This document shows, in pieces, positions 19,853-30,430 of a stretch of DNA of 64,000 nucleotides. The notes under the pieces are model-generated. The model was not told where the DNA came from. It did no database searches and saw nothing but the letters and a program-made list of their open reading frames with translations. The stretch is taken from the NCBI GenBank assembly GCA_977020255.1, contig CDROCS010003797.1, positions 186,001 to 250,000 of the forward strand, given 5' to 3'. Every line of letters begins with the position of its first letter. The first letter of the stretch is position 1. The DNA comes from Obrimoposthia wandeli. Taxonomy: Eukaryota. A program made the translations under genes and the position numbers.

Positions 19853-21117
19853 TATCCTGTCACCCTATCTGGAACTGGCTTAGTCTTTTCGTTTTTGCTG
19901 TAAATCCATATTGCAACAAAAAAGCCAAAGTAACCCAAACTCGCAATGGTACCAATCATATTATTTAGTGGGTTCGAAGGTAAAGTACCTAAAACACCTA
20001 AAACGATAAAACAAATAGCAAATTGCACAAGGTTAACAGTATGAGCAGTACAACGGTAGCGTAGTGACTTAACTGTACCTCGGTCAAACCAAGGCAACAT
20101 GAATAATGCGATAATAGCACCAAACATACCAACAGCACCTAAAAGCTTGTCAGGAATAATACGTAAAATTGTATAGAAAGGTCCAAAATACCATACTGGC
20201 GCTATGTGTTCTGGTGTTTTCAAGCCATTCGCAGGTTCAAAATTTGGCGCTTCTATAAAGTAGCCACCACCTTCAGGGGCAAAGAACATCACCCAACAGA
20301 AAACAATGAGGAAAATAACCACAGCAACTAAATCTTTTACGGTGTAATAAGGATGAAATGGTATCGCATCAACGATATCGTATTTCTTAGTATATTGCTC
20401 ATGGAAAGTAAACTTACTCAACTCTTCAGGAGGAACACTTCCTTTAGGTTTCTTAATATTAGTACCGTCAGGGTTATTTGAACCTACTTCATGTAGCGCT
20501 AAAATATGTAAGAAAACTAACACAACCAAGACTAATGGTAAGGCAATAACGTGTAAGGCAAAGAAACGGTTTAGCGTTGCTCCAGATATGACATAGTCAC
20601 CACGGATCCATAGCGTTAAATCATCACCAATAATGGGAATAGCACCAAAAATTGAAATAATGACTTGCGCGCCCCAATACGACATATTACCCCAAGGTAA
20701 TAAGTAGCCCATGAAGGCTTCAGCCATCAGTACTAAAAAGATTAGCATACCGAATAACCACAATAATTCACGCGGTTTTTGGTAAGAGCCGTACATCATG
20801 CCACGGAACATATGCATATAAACGACAACGAAGAATGCAGAAGCCCCAGTTGAATGCATGTAACGTAATAGCCAACCGTAGTCGACATCACGCATGATGT
20901 ATTCTACAGAAGCAAAAGCACCATCGCCTGATGGTTCATAGTTCATTGTTAGCCAAACACCTGTTAATAATTGGTTGACTAAAACAACACTCGCCAAAAT
21001 ACCAAATACATACCAAAAGTTGAAGTTTTTCGGTGCTGGATATTGTGCCGCATGTTTGTTCATTGCGTCCATTAACGGTAGACGCTGTTCGATCCAAGCC
21101 ATTAAATTAGAAAACAT
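19852..21117 (-). CDS. petB: Cytochrome b
   Basis: RYMHSTGAS, LPWGNMSYWG, RFFALH, TPEHIAPVWYF. Confidence 0.97.
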   Translation of the reverse strand: MFSNLMAWIEQRLPLMDAMNKHAAQYPAPKNFNFWYVFGILASVVLVNQLLTGVWLTMNYEPSGDGAFASVEYIMRDVDYGWLLRYMHSTGASAFFVVVYMHMFRGMMYGSYQKPRELLWLFGMLIFLVLMAEAFMGYLLPWGNMSYWGAQVIISIFGAIPIIGDDLTLWIRGDYVISGATLNRFFALHVIALPLVLVVLVFLHILALHEVGSNNPDGTNIKKPKGSVPPEELSKFTFHEQYTKKYDIVDAIPFHPYYTVKDLVAVVIFLIVFCWVMFFAPEGGGYFIEAPNFEPANGLKTPEHIAPVWYFGPFYTILRIIPDKLLGAVGMFGAIIALFMLPWFDRGTVKSLRYRCTAHTVNLVQFAICFIVLGVLGTLPSNPLNNMIGTIASLGYFGFFVAIWIYSKNEKTKPVPDRVTG

Positions 21118-21707
21118 TATGCTTCTCCTCCAGATACACCGATTAACAGGGTATCTTCATTAGGAAACGAATGCTCAGGAATCATCAAGTTAGTTGGTGC
21201 AGGTACACTTTGGAAAACGCGACCAGCCATATCAAACTTAGAGCCATGACAAGGGCAGAAAAAGCCGTCTTTTACGCCTTCAACTTCTTGATCGAAGTCG
21301 CCCTTGCGATATGTTGGTGCACAACCTAAATGAGTACAAACGCCTAACGCAACTAATAGCTCAGGTCTAATCGAGCGATGTTCGTTCATAGCATAGGCGG
21401 GTTGTTGTGGCACTTCTGATTGTGGATCTTTTAATTGGCCATCATGGGCACTCAAATTAGAAACAGTTTCTGCTGTTCTACGTACCACATACACTGGTTT
21501 ACCGCGCCATTCGGCACGAATTAATTGACCAGGCTCTATTTTGCTTACATTGACTTCAACCGGCGCACCTGCAGCTTTCGCACGAGCGCTAGGGTTCCAA
21601 GAACCAATGAAAGGCACAGCCACACCGACAACACCAACACCACCAACTACCGAAGTAGCCGCAGTTAAAAAGCGTCGACGGCTGTTGTTAACAGGCGCAT
21701 TGCTCAT
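21117..21707 (-). CDS. petA: Rieske iron-sulfur subunit of the bc1 complex
   Basis: Tat motif SRRRFL, CTHLGC, CPCHGS. Confidence 0.97.
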   Translation of the reverse strand: MSNAPVNNSRRRFLTAATSVVGGVGVVGVAVPFIGSWNPSARAKAAGAPVEVNVSKIEPGQLIRAEWRGKPVYVVRRTAETVSNLSAHDGQLKDPQSEVPQQPAYAMNEHRSIRPELLVALGVCTHLGCAPTYRKGDFDQEVEGVKDGFFCPCHGSKFDMAGRVFQSVPAPTNLMIPEHSFPNEDTLLIGVSGGEA

Positions 21708-22096
21708 TCAAACTCTCCAATTATTATCTAGCTAAAACAACAACACATGACTAATAAAAAAACCTAGTTACTGTGAAGATTGTTGATCGACTAAATCAAC
21801 GAAAAAAAAATTGTTTTGATGATAAAGAAAACCCTTGTTTTTTACAAGGCAATTAACCTTTTCAGCATAGGTTTATACGAATAAAAGTCAATTAATAACT
21901 GACATCAACTTGTAAATAAAAACTATTCGCACTTGTAGGTTGTTTGTTTACAATTTAGTACAGCAAGAATAGTAAAATCTTTAAGGCCAGTGGCAACTTA
22001 TAGCAATAGCCCTACGGCAAAAAATCATAAGCTAGCGCGAGCTATTTGGCGAGACTTAAAGTAGAAAAAGTATGACATTCATCAATTTTTTGACAT

Positions 22097-22122
22097 AAAA
22101 AAACCGGCAAAAGCCGGTTTTT
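22097..22122 (-). terminator. Terminator after rpsI
   Basis: AAAAACCGGC-TTTT-GCCGGTTTTTTT on the minus strand. Confidence 0.85.
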
Positions 22123-22142
22123 GAAATAACATAACGTAAATA

Positions 22143-22535
22143 TTAACGTTTTGAAAATTGTGGCTTTTTACGAGCCTTGTGTAAACCAACTTTCTTACGT
22201 TCAACTTTACGAGCATCACGAGTTACGAAACCTGCTTGACGTAGAGAACCACGTAAAGTTTCATCGAACTCCATTAATGCACGAGTAATACCGTGACGAA
22301 TTGCGCCAGCTTGACCAGAAATACCACCACCAGTAACCGTGATGTTAAAGTCAAATTTTTCTAACATTTCAACTAATTCTAATGGTTGACGAACAACCAT
22401 ACGAGCAGTTTCGCGACCGAAGTACACAGAAATGTCACGTTTGTTAATTGTGATAGCACCGTTACCAGCTTTCATGAACACACGAGCAGTTGAGCTCTTG
22501 CGACGACCAGTACCGTAATATTGATTATCAGCCAT
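22143..22535 (-). CDS. rpsI: 30S ribosomal protein S9
   Basis: [10 protein letters not shown]...[19 protein letters not shown]. Confidence 0.99.
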   Translation of the reverse strand: MADNQYYGTGRRKSSTARVFMKAGNGAITINKRDISVYFGRETARMVVRQPLELVEMLEKFDFNITVTGGGISGQAGAIRHGITRALMEFDETLRGSLRQAGFVTRDARKVERKKVGLHKARKKPQFSKR

Positions 22536-22538
22536 TGC

Positions 22539-22967
22539 TTAAAGCTCCAAAAGTTGTGGTTGTTGTGCAGTATGTTTATGTTCAGTACCCGCGTAAACTT
22601 TAAGTTTACGGAACATTTCACGACCTAAAGGACCTTTAGGTAACATACCTTTAACAGCAAGCTCGATAACGCGCTCTGGTGCTTTTTCAATAAGCTTTTC
22701 AAAGCTTATTTGCTTAAGACCACCAACATATTCAGTATGCGAATAGTAAATTTTACCTTTCGCTTTGTTACCAGTTACACGTACTTTCTCAGCATTGATA
22801 ACAACGATGTAATCGCCAGTATCTACATGAGGAGTGTATTCTGCTTTATGCTTACCACGTAAACGGCTTGCAATTTCAGTAGCGATACGACCTAAAGTTT
22901 TATCTTCGGCGTCCACTAAGAACCATTCGCGTTGTACGCTTTCTGGTTTAGCTACAAAAGTTTTCAT
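22539..22967 (-). CDS. rplM: 50S ribosomal protein L13 (start MKTF at 22967)
   Basis: [28 protein letters not shown]. Confidence 0.99.
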   Translation of the reverse strand: MKTFVAKPESVQREWFLVDAEDKTLGRIATEIASRLRGKHKAEYTPHVDTGDYIVVINAEKVRVTGNKAKGKIYYSHTEYVGGLKQISFEKLIEKAPERVIELAVKGMLPKGPLGREMFRKLKVYAGTEHKHTAQQPQLLEL

Positions 22968-22969
22968 TA

Positions 22970-23123
22970 AAAAACCCAATTATATAAATGTTACTTAAAT
23001 AATAACCTGAGAAAACCTCAAATTATCCGTTAAAGACTACGCTATTGCCCCTTCGAGCATCGAGTCCGGTGCAAGCCCTCTGGAAAAAGGACAAGCTTTG
23101 TAACGTAGGGACCGCGGATTATA
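22970..23123 (-). promoter_or_regulatory. rplM promoter -10 box with GC-rich discriminator and long 5' leader (likely L13 autoregulation)
   Basis: TATAAT at 23118-23123 followed by CCGCGG; leader of about 145 nt containing CTCGAAGGGG. Confidence 0.6.
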
Positions 23124-23204
23124 CAGAACAAAGACACAAAGATCACGCCTAATTTTTAATCTTTTGCCGGTTAATTTGAAATTAAAATGTTTTTCTTTTC
23201 CACC

Positions 23205-24320
23205 TTACGGTAAGTGCTGTGAAGCTAAGTAGTCATGAGACTGCATTTCTTGCAATCGGCTTAAGCAACGCTTGAACTCAAAACTTAATCGGCCATCGCT
23301 GTATAGATTGCCTAATGCAACTTCTGCAGAGATAATTAATTTTACATTTCGTTCATAAAACTCATCTACCAACGCGATAAATCGACGTGCACTATCGTCA
23401 TTATCAACGCCCATCTGCGTGACATTAGCCAATAAAACCGTATGGTATAACCTACTTAGCTCCATATAGTCACTCTGACTGCGCGCTGATTCACACAAGG
23501 TGGAGAACTCAAAGTGCACGACACCATCCGACTCTGCTATTGTAATCAGTTCACGATGGTTAATTTCAATCACCTTGCCTTTGTGGCTAATTTCGCTCGA
23601 CAGCTGTTGAAAATAATGAGTTAAATTATCAGCGGCCTGCTGATCCAAAGGGAAATGGAATATTTCGGCTTGCTCTAAAGTACGAAGCCGATAATCAACT
23701 CCGCTATCAACATTAACAATATCGCAAAATTCATTAATCAACTTTATAGCCGGTAAAAAACGCTCTCGTTGTAAACCGTTACGATATAATTCATCAGGGA
23801 TAATATTTGATGTTGCGACAAGCGTGACGTTACGAGCAAATAACTCTTCAAATAAAGTCCCTAAAATCATAGCATCAGTAATGTCAGATACAAAAAATTC
23901 ATCAAAACAGATAATACAAGTTTCATCAGCGAAACGCTTAGCGATGATTTTTAGCGGATCTGATTGTCCGTGTAGCGACTTCAACTCTTCATGTACACGA
24001 TGCATAAAGCGATGAAAGTGCACACGGGTTTTATTATTAAACGGTAAGCAATCATAAAAGGTATCGACAAGATACGTTTTTCCTCGGCCAACGCCACCCC
24101 AAAAGTAAATCCCGATAATAGGCTTACTATCGGGTTTGGCAACAATTCGCTTCCAACTACTGAGTACTTTTTTAAAACCGGTTACCGGTAAAGGCTTAGT
24201 GACTAAATCTTCATATAAACGCTGTAAATTTTTTACTGCGTTTTCTTGTGCCGCGTCAAAGAGAAAATCATCGCGGGTTAAATCTTGAGTGTATTTTTCA
24301 ATCGGAGATAATTTAATCAT
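23205..24320 (-). CDS. zapE: Cell division ATPase ZapE (AFG1 family)
   Basis: WGGVGRGKT, CFDEFFVSDI, DYRLR, RCLSRLQEMQS. Confidence 0.95.
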   Translation of the reverse strand: MIKLSPIEKYTQDLTRDDFLFDAAQENAVKNLQRLYEDLVTKPLPVTGFKKVLSSWKRIVAKPDSKPIIGIYFWGGVGRGKTYLVDTFYDCLPFNNKTRVHFHRFMHRVHEELKSLHGQSDPLKIIAKRFADETCIICFDEFFVSDITDAMILGTLFEELFARNVTLVATSNIIPDELYRNGLQRERFLPAIKLINEFCDIVNVDSGVDYRLRTLEQAEIFHFPLDQQAADNLTHYFQQLSSEISHKGKVIEINHRELITIAESDGVVHFEFSTLCESARSQSDYMELSRLYHTVLLANVTQMGVDNDDSARRFIALVDEFYERNVKLIISAEVALGNLYSDGRLSFEFKRCLSRLQEMQSHDYLASQHLP

Positions 24321-24500
24321 TTGACAACCGTTTAGTGAGTACTGATTTTATTTTATTACAACGTTTCTACACACTACGCTTGAAAAATGCTTTTTTGCAA
24401 ATATATTCATTAGGCAAGTAGCGTGAAGCACGTTATATTGAACTGGATTGAGGGTTATTTTCCCTAATTTTTTCCATGAATACAATGAAGGTATAAAAAT

Positions 24501-24965
24501 ATGAATGTTGTTTTAGGACTAAGTCTATTTATCGTTGGCGCAATTATCGGTTTTTTTGCTAACAGAACACTTTTTTCATCGGCTCAACAAACAAAAAAGT
24601 TGGCGGCTAAAGCCAGTCAAAGTGAATCAGAGCTAGCACAATATAAGCTAGATGTTGCAGAGCATTTAGGCAACTCAGCTAAATTGCTTGAGCAAATGAA
24701 CAGTACTTGTCAAACAGCTATGGTCCAAATGGCACAAAGTACACAATTGTTGCAACAAGCAACACCTGAAAATATTGAAAGCATGCCATTTTTCTCGAAA
24801 GAAACTCAAGAACAATTAGCGCAAACAGTTAGCCTACGCCACAACAAAGATGAGCGTAAAGGAGACGTCGAAATATCAGAGGCTCCGTTGGATTATTCTG
24901 GTGCACCAAGCGGCTTATTCGATGATAAGAAACATAGTGTTACAAATAGCACGACCAATAGTTAG
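24501..24965 (+). CDS. zapG: ZapG/YhcB (DUF1043) family membrane protein
   Basis: N-terminal TM helix, coiled coil, PLDYSGAPSGL; conserved position between zapE and degQ. Confidence 0.8.
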   Translation: MNVVLGLSLFIVGAIIGFFANRTLFSSAQQTKKLAAKASQSESELAQYKLDVAEHLGNSAKLLEQMNSTCQTAMVQMAQSTQLLQQATPENIESMPFFSKETQEQLAQTVSLRHNKDERKGDVEISEAPLDYSGAPSGLFDDKKHSVTNSTTNS

Positions 24966-24992
24966 GAACTAATTTTTTTATCCTCTGTCTTT
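24965..24992 (+). promoter_or_regulatory. Possible sigmaE promoter of degQ
   Basis: GGAACT followed about 16 bp later by GTCTTT; resembles GGAACTT-N16-GTCAAA. Confidence 0.4.
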
Positions 24993-25087
24993 AATTGGGT
25001 AGACCCGCAGGATTGATTAGCTAAACATTAGTTAAAATTTTGTCAGTCCTGTTGGCATCAATACTTTAATTAGGAGTTTCCCTTTAT

Positions 25088-26449
25088 ATGAAAAATTTAT
25101 CAGTTTTAATTAATTCCGTATTACTTTCCAGTACCATTGCGATGGCAAGCCTTCCCGTGCAAGCCGCATTACCTCAATCAGTTAGCGGACAAACGATGCC
25201 AAGTCTTGCGCCTATGTTGGAGCAAGTAACCCCGGGTGTTGTCCTCATTTCAGTTCGTGGCACTCATGAAGTGGAACAACGTGTACCTGATGCCTTTAAA
25301 TTTTTCTTTGGCAACCCTCGACAAGGCCAAGGTCAACAAAAAGAGCGAGAGTTTCGCGGTTTAGGGTCTGGCGTGATCATAGACGCCGATAAAGGTTATA
25401 TCGTCACTAACAGTCATGTTGTTAACGATGCTGATGAAATTCAAATTACTTTAAAAGATGGTCGTCAACTAGATGCGAAAAAAATTGGTGGTGACGACGC
25501 TAGCGACATTGCTCTATTACAAATAGAAGCAGATGACCTAATCGAAGTAAAAATCGCAGATTCTGATCGTTTACGAGTTGGCGACTTTGCTGTCGCCATA
25601 GGTAGTCCCTTTGGTTTAGGGCAAACCGTAACATCAGGTATCGTCAGTGCCTTAGGTCGTAGCGGTCTTAATATCGAAAACTATGAGGATTTTATCCAAA
25701 CCGATGCCGCAATTAATAGCGGTAACTCGGGTGGCGCCTTGATCAATTTACGTGGTGAGCTTATTGGTATCAACACCGCTATTTTAGGTCCTAATGGTGG
25801 CAATGTCGGTATTGGCTTTGCTATTCCAAGTAATATGGTAGAAAACCTAGTTAATCAGATCATTGAATTTGGTGAAGTCAGACGCGGTGTTTTAGGTGTT
25901 GCTGGTCGCAGTGTGACGAGTGAAATAGCCAAAGCGATGGAATTAAATATTAACCAAGGTGGCTTTGTTGAACAAGTAACTCAAGATTCAGCCGCAGACG
26001 AAGCGGGTATTCGTGCTGGTGATGTTATTACTAAAGTAAATGGCAAAATGATTAAAACCTTTAATGAACTTAGAGGTAAAATTGGTTCAATTGGCGCAGG
26101 TAAAGTCGTCAAACTTACCGTGATCAGAAAAGACGGCAAAGAGAAAGAATACGACGTTACCTTGAAAAGATCTGAAGCCGCCAATGTTGAAGCCGCTAGC
26201 TTACACCCAATGCTTGACGGTGCTAAGTTAGAAAACAATAGCCAAAGTAATGGGGTCACTATTGCTGAAATTGCAGAGAATAGCCCTGCTGCTGCCGTTG
26301 GCTTACGAAAAGGTGATATCATTAATGGTATTAATCGCCAACGTATCGACAACATTGGTGAGCTACGTAGCTATTTAAATGATCATAAAGGTGTTTTTGC
26401 ACTTAATGTAGTTCGTGACAATGCTTCGTTGTTCTTGATGATACGTTAA
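25088..26449 (+). CDS. degQ: Periplasmic serine protease DegQ (HtrA family, two PDZ domains)
   Basis: TNSHVV, SDIALL, DAAINSGNSGG, two PDZ domains. Confidence 0.92.
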   Translation: MKNLSVLINSVLLSSTIAMASLPVQAALPQSVSGQTMPSLAPMLEQVTPGVVLISVRGTHEVEQRVPDAFKFFFGNPRQGQGQQKEREFRGLGSGVIIDADKGYIVTNSHVVNDADEIQITLKDGRQLDAKKIGGDDASDIALLQIEADDLIEVKIADSDRLRVGDFAVAIGSPFGLGQTVTSGIVSALGRSGLNIENYEDFIQTDAAINSGNSGGALINLRGELIGINTAILGPNGGNVGIGFAIPSNMVENLVNQIIEFGEVRRGVLGVAGRSVTSEIAKAMELNINQGGFVEQVTQDSAADEAGIRAGDVITKVNGKMIKTFNELRGKIGSIGAGKVVKLTVIRKDGKEKEYDVTLKRSEAANVEAASLHPMLDGAKLENNSQSNGVTIAEIAENSPAAAVGLRKGDIINGINRQRIDNIGELRSYLNDHKGVFALNVVRDNASLFLMIR

Positions 26450-26503
26450 TATATCGACACCACTTGAGTGTTGCGCTTAGCAACTAAAAAGCTGAGCTAG
26501 CGA

Positions 26504-26555
26504 TTGAGCCTGTCAAACGACAGGCTTTTTTATGCCTGTCGTTTGACAGGCTCAA
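26504..26555. repeat. Nested perfect inverted repeat (REP-doublet-like), probably also the degQ terminator
   Basis: 22-bp arms TTGAGCCTGTCAAACGACAGGC / GCCTGTCGTTTGACAGGCTCAA with an 8-nt spacer; each arm is itself a hairpin. Confidence 0.85.
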
Positions 26556-27290
26556 ATGCAATAAAGAAAAGCCAAAAACAACACAGCTATAATAGCTAGC
26601 TTGGCACCTATTATAACGCTTAACTTATACTTATTAGATGAATACCAGCCTGACTAATGCCCGCCAGACCAGTTTATAACCACTTTCACATGAGCTACCT
26701 CATCAATGTCTACATTGTGTTCAACCTTGAAAGCCTATGACTAATTAATCCCTTATTTTGGACTTACCGTGTGATCTTCATTGCCTAAAGATCTCGTACT
26801 TAGTCCATTTGATATTGTATCAGGAGGCTATGCGGCACATTATTTACTAAGTTATAGAATGTAAAGTTTTGTTAATTGCTCAAACAACAATTTGGTATGC
26901 TGGGATTGAAGCCGATATACTTCCTTGTGTAAAAGCTTAATCGAGCAAAACGCTTTTAAACTGCTAACCTTTGTTGGCAATGATGATAAAGATTCATGAC
27001 AACAACCATGATCGGCAATAACACCATTAACGTTGAGCGCTTTATCACTCAGAAAAATGTTCATTTTTCACTTTAACTATCAAGCCTCACGCGTCAATGA
27101 TAAGGCTAAACCTTATTTTCAATAAACGACGATGACGAGTTTGTAGTTGAGTTCATAAAGCGAACTTACATCCAAAAACATATCGCCATCGAGTAAAAAA
27201 AAGCTAGGCAATAACTGCGCATTTCACTAAGTGATGTGCATAATAAATTAATGAGCTGTTAATGTTCAGCTCAATACCGGAGAGAAAAAT

Positions 27291-27785
27291 ATGATTGCAT
27301 TCAAGTTAAATGGTAAGGATGTGTCCTCAACTGCCGAAGCCGACACACCATTATTATGGGTAATACGCGATGAGTTTGGCTTTAAGGGCACAAAATTTGG
27401 CTGTGGTATTGGTATGTGTGGTGCCTGCACTGTACATGTTGATGGTGCTGCAGTCAGAACATGCTCTTTTCCGTTAGTCGCAGCAAATAATAAGCATATA
27501 ACCACCATTGAAGGTTTAGATAATAAACACCCATTGCAACAAACATGGATTGATGAACAAGTGCCTCAGTGTGGCTACTGTCAGTCAGGACAGATAATGC
27601 AAGCTGCGACGCTACTAGCGAATAACGCAACGCCTAGCGATCAAGAGATAGTCGATCATATGACAGGTAATCTATGTCGCTGTATGGCCTATGCTCGAAT
27701 TAAAAGTGCGATTAAAAGTGCTGCTGATGTTATGTCCGCGGACGTTCAATACTTTGATCCTACCTCTTCAACACAGCAATCATAA
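27291..27785 (+). CDS. [2Fe-2S] small subunit of an IorA/CoxS-type molybdoenzyme
   Basis: GTKFGCGIGMCGACTVH, QCGYCQSG, GNLCRC. Confidence 0.92.
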   Translation: MIAFKLNGKDVSSTAEADTPLLWVIRDEFGFKGTKFGCGIGMCGACTVHVDGAAVRTCSFPLVAANNKHITTIEGLDNKHPLQQTWIDEQVPQCGYCQSGQIMQAATLLANNATPSDQEIVDHMTGNLCRCMAYARIKSAIKSAADVMSADVQYFDPTSSTQQS

Positions 27786-27797
27786 AGGCGTACGATA

Positions 27798-30077
27798 ATG
27801 CAAAATATTAAAGATGCAAAAAATAATGTCAGCTTATCTCGACGCCGCTTTTTAATTGGTACGGTTAGCAGTACCTTGGTCATGGCTTTTGCGCCACTCG
27901 CTAGTGCGGCAAGTTTAACTAAGAGCCCACAAGAAACGCTGAAAAGTAAATTATTCTCGCCAAATGTTTGGTTTGAAATTAACGCTTTAGGTGAAGTTAA
28001 TATCAATATCGCTAAAGCTGAAATGGGCCAACATATTGGTACAGCATTGGCACGTGTTGTTGCTGATGAATTAGGTGCAGATTGGTCTAAAGTCTCAATA
28101 ACTCATGTAGATACCGATCCTAAATGGGGTTATATGGTCACGGGTGGCTCATGGTCTGTTTTTCAAACCTTTAAGCCTCTTTCTCAAGCCGGCGCTGCGG
28201 GGCGTATTGCTTTAATAGCCGCCGCAGCGAAAATATTGCAATGTCCTGTTGAGCAATGTCGCGTAGAAAATGGCGCTGTACTTTGCCAGGATAAGTCGAT
28301 TAACTTCGGTGATATTGTTGCTAAAGGTATTTTTAATCAAGCGCTTACTCCAGAAGAAATTGACGCGCTGCCACTAAAACCAGCCAGTAAAAGAACATTA
28401 GTGGGTAAGCCAGGCGGAGCACTTGATATTCCAGCTAAAACTAACGGCTCAGCTGTTTACGGTATTGATGTGGAATTGAAAGGCATGGTCTATGCTCGCC
28501 CTATTATTCCTCCAACACGCTATGGCAGCAAAATACTGAGTGTTGATGACAGTGCAGCTAAAAAGGTTAAAGGCTATTTGGGTTACCATCTTCTGCAAGA
28601 TCCTAGCAACAATATTCAAGGTTGGGTTGCCGTTGAAGCTGACAGTTATTATGGCGCAATTAAAGCGGGTAATGCATTAAAAGTAGACTATCAAGTCGGT
28701 AAAACAGCAAAAGTTAGTGAGCAAGATATTATCGAAGAAGGCGAGCGTTTAGTTGCCGATGAAAACGCAGGTGGACTATTTGTTAACGAAGGTGACTTCT
28801 CGACAGCCAATACCAATGCCGTTAAATCTATCGATGCAATTTATCGTACTCACACCGCATTACATTTTGCCTTAGAGCCGGTCAACGCCACGGTAGAAGA
28901 AAAGGATGGTAAATGGCATATTTACACGGGTAATCAGTGGCAGTCTTTAACTTTGCCTGCTATTGCTAAAGCACTAAAAGTTGCTGATGAAGATGTCGTT
29001 ATGCATCAACAATATTTAGGTGGTGGTTTTGGTCGACGTTTATTCGGTGACTATGCAATTCCTGCAGCGTTAACTGCTCAAGCCATTGGTAAGCCTGTAA
29101 AAATGGTATTTACCCGTGAAGATGACTCACGTTTTGATCAACCGAGATCACCGTCTGTAGCCTCATTCCGAGCGGTGTTTGATCAGAACAATCACTTAAC
29201 GGGTATGGAGCATGTGTTCGCTGCCGGTTGGCCAACGTTGTCAATGGCGCCTGGCTTTATGCCTGAAAGCTTAGATAAAAAAATCAATTTAGACCCATTT
29301 TCAACGAGTGGTGCCGATCATTGGTACAGCATGAACAATCACCGAGCGCGAGCTATAAATAACGAGTTAGCACAACAAACGATTTTACCTGGTTGGCTCA
29401 GATCCGTAGGACAAGGCTGGATTGTTTGGGGACTAGAGTCCTTTATCGATGAAATTGCTCATCAAATGAAAGCTGATCCTATTGATTTACGCTTATCCAT
29501 GCTCGACGGTTTAGGCAAGCAAGCAGGTAAAGCCCCAGAAAGTGTTGGTGGTGCCAAACGTTTAGCCAATGTTTTGAGCAAACTTAAGCAAAAAACAAAA
29601 AATGTTAAATTAGCTAAAAACGAAGGCATTGGTATCGCAGTAAGCGCCGGCCAGGAACGCACGATGCCAGCTTGGATGGCCTGTGCAGCCCATGTTCATG
29701 TAGAGCCTAACTCAGGAAAGATAACGGTTAAGAAATTAACCATGATTGCCGATGCAGGCGTCATTATTCACCCTGATGGTGCCTTAGCACAAGTACAAGG
29801 TTCAATGCTTTGGGGCACAAGCTTAGCGTTACATGAACAAAGCCCAATTGAAAATGGCCAAGTGAGTAACATAAACTTGAATACATATTCCCCTCTTCGT
29901 ATGGCTGATATGCCAGAATTAGATATCGAATTTGTTGAAAGTGAAGAGTTTCCTGTTGGTCTAGGTGAACCTGGCGTACTAGCCATAGCGCCCGCTATAG
30001 CCAACGCCATATTTCAAATAACGGGCGTTCGAGTGCGTGATTTACCTATTACAGCAGCTGCAATTAAGCAAGCGTAA
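27798..30077 (+). CDS. Molybdopterin-binding large subunit, IorB/xanthine dehydrogenase family, Tat-exported
   Basis: SRRRFL Tat signal, AEMGQH, GGGFGRR, WLRSVG, GLGEPG. Confidence 0.9.
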   Translation: MQNIKDAKNNVSLSRRRFLIGTVSSTLVMAFAPLASAASLTKSPQETLKSKLFSPNVWFEINALGEVNINIAKAEMGQHIGTALARVVADELGADWSKVSITHVDTDPKWGYMVTGGSWSVFQTFKPLSQAGAAGRIALIAAAAKILQCPVEQCRVENGAVLCQDKSINFGDIVAKGIFNQALTPEEIDALPLKPASKRTLVGKPGGALDIPAKTNGSAVYGIDVELKGMVYARPIIPPTRYGSKILSVDDSAAKKVKGYLGYHLLQDPSNNIQGWVAVEADSYYGAIKAGNALKVDYQVGKTAKVSEQDIIEEGERLVADENAGGLFVNEGDFSTANTNAVKSIDAIYRTHTALHFALEPVNATVEEKDGKWHIYTGNQWQSLTLPAIAKALKVADEDVVMHQQYLGGGFGRRLFGDYAIPAALTAQAIGKPVKMVFTREDDSRFDQPRSPSVASFRAVFDQNNHLTGMEHVFAAGWPTLSMAPGFMPESLDKKINLDPFSTSGADHWYSMNNHRARAINNELAQQTILPGWLRSVGQGWIVWGLESFIDEIAHQMKADPIDLRLSMLDGLGKQAGKAPESVGGAKRLANVLSKLKQKTKNVKLAKNEGIGIAVSAGQERTMPAWMACAAHVHVEPNSGKITVKKLTMIADAGVIIHPDGALAQVQGSMLWGTSLALHEQSPIENGQVSNINLNTYSPLRMADMPELDIEFVESEEFPVGLGEPGVLAIAPAIANAIFQITGVRVRDLPITAAAIKQA

Positions 30078-30430
30078 ATAAAAACAGTAGTATCAGGAAA
30101 ATATATACTGTCTCGCAAGAACTCTGTAGTAACGATTACTGAGTTCTTGCAATTATCAAAATAAAATTTCTGATATTTAATCAAAAGCTTATGATATTTT
30201 TAACATAAAAATCAAGCTACAACTCCAGTTTATAACGTCATCATTAGAAATGACTATCTACACGGCAATAATTCACTTGTACCGACTATAAAAGTTCACC
30301 TTTCGCTCAATACTCTGGCATTCATATTTACTAACTTCATAGTGAAATTCATCACTAACTAATACAAAACTGTATAACAACGAAGGGTTTATGGTAATCT
30401 ACAAAAAATAGACTAATAAAAATACTCCCG

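Noticed and set aside
21783-21799. TTGAT-N7-ATCAA upstream of petA as an FNR site
   Set aside because: FNR needs N4 spacing; it could be another operator, but I cannot support that
26852-27064. 70-aa ORF whose VIADHG segment resembles a DDE transposase motif
   Set aside because: A single short motif with no TIRs or other catalytic residues; insufficient evidence
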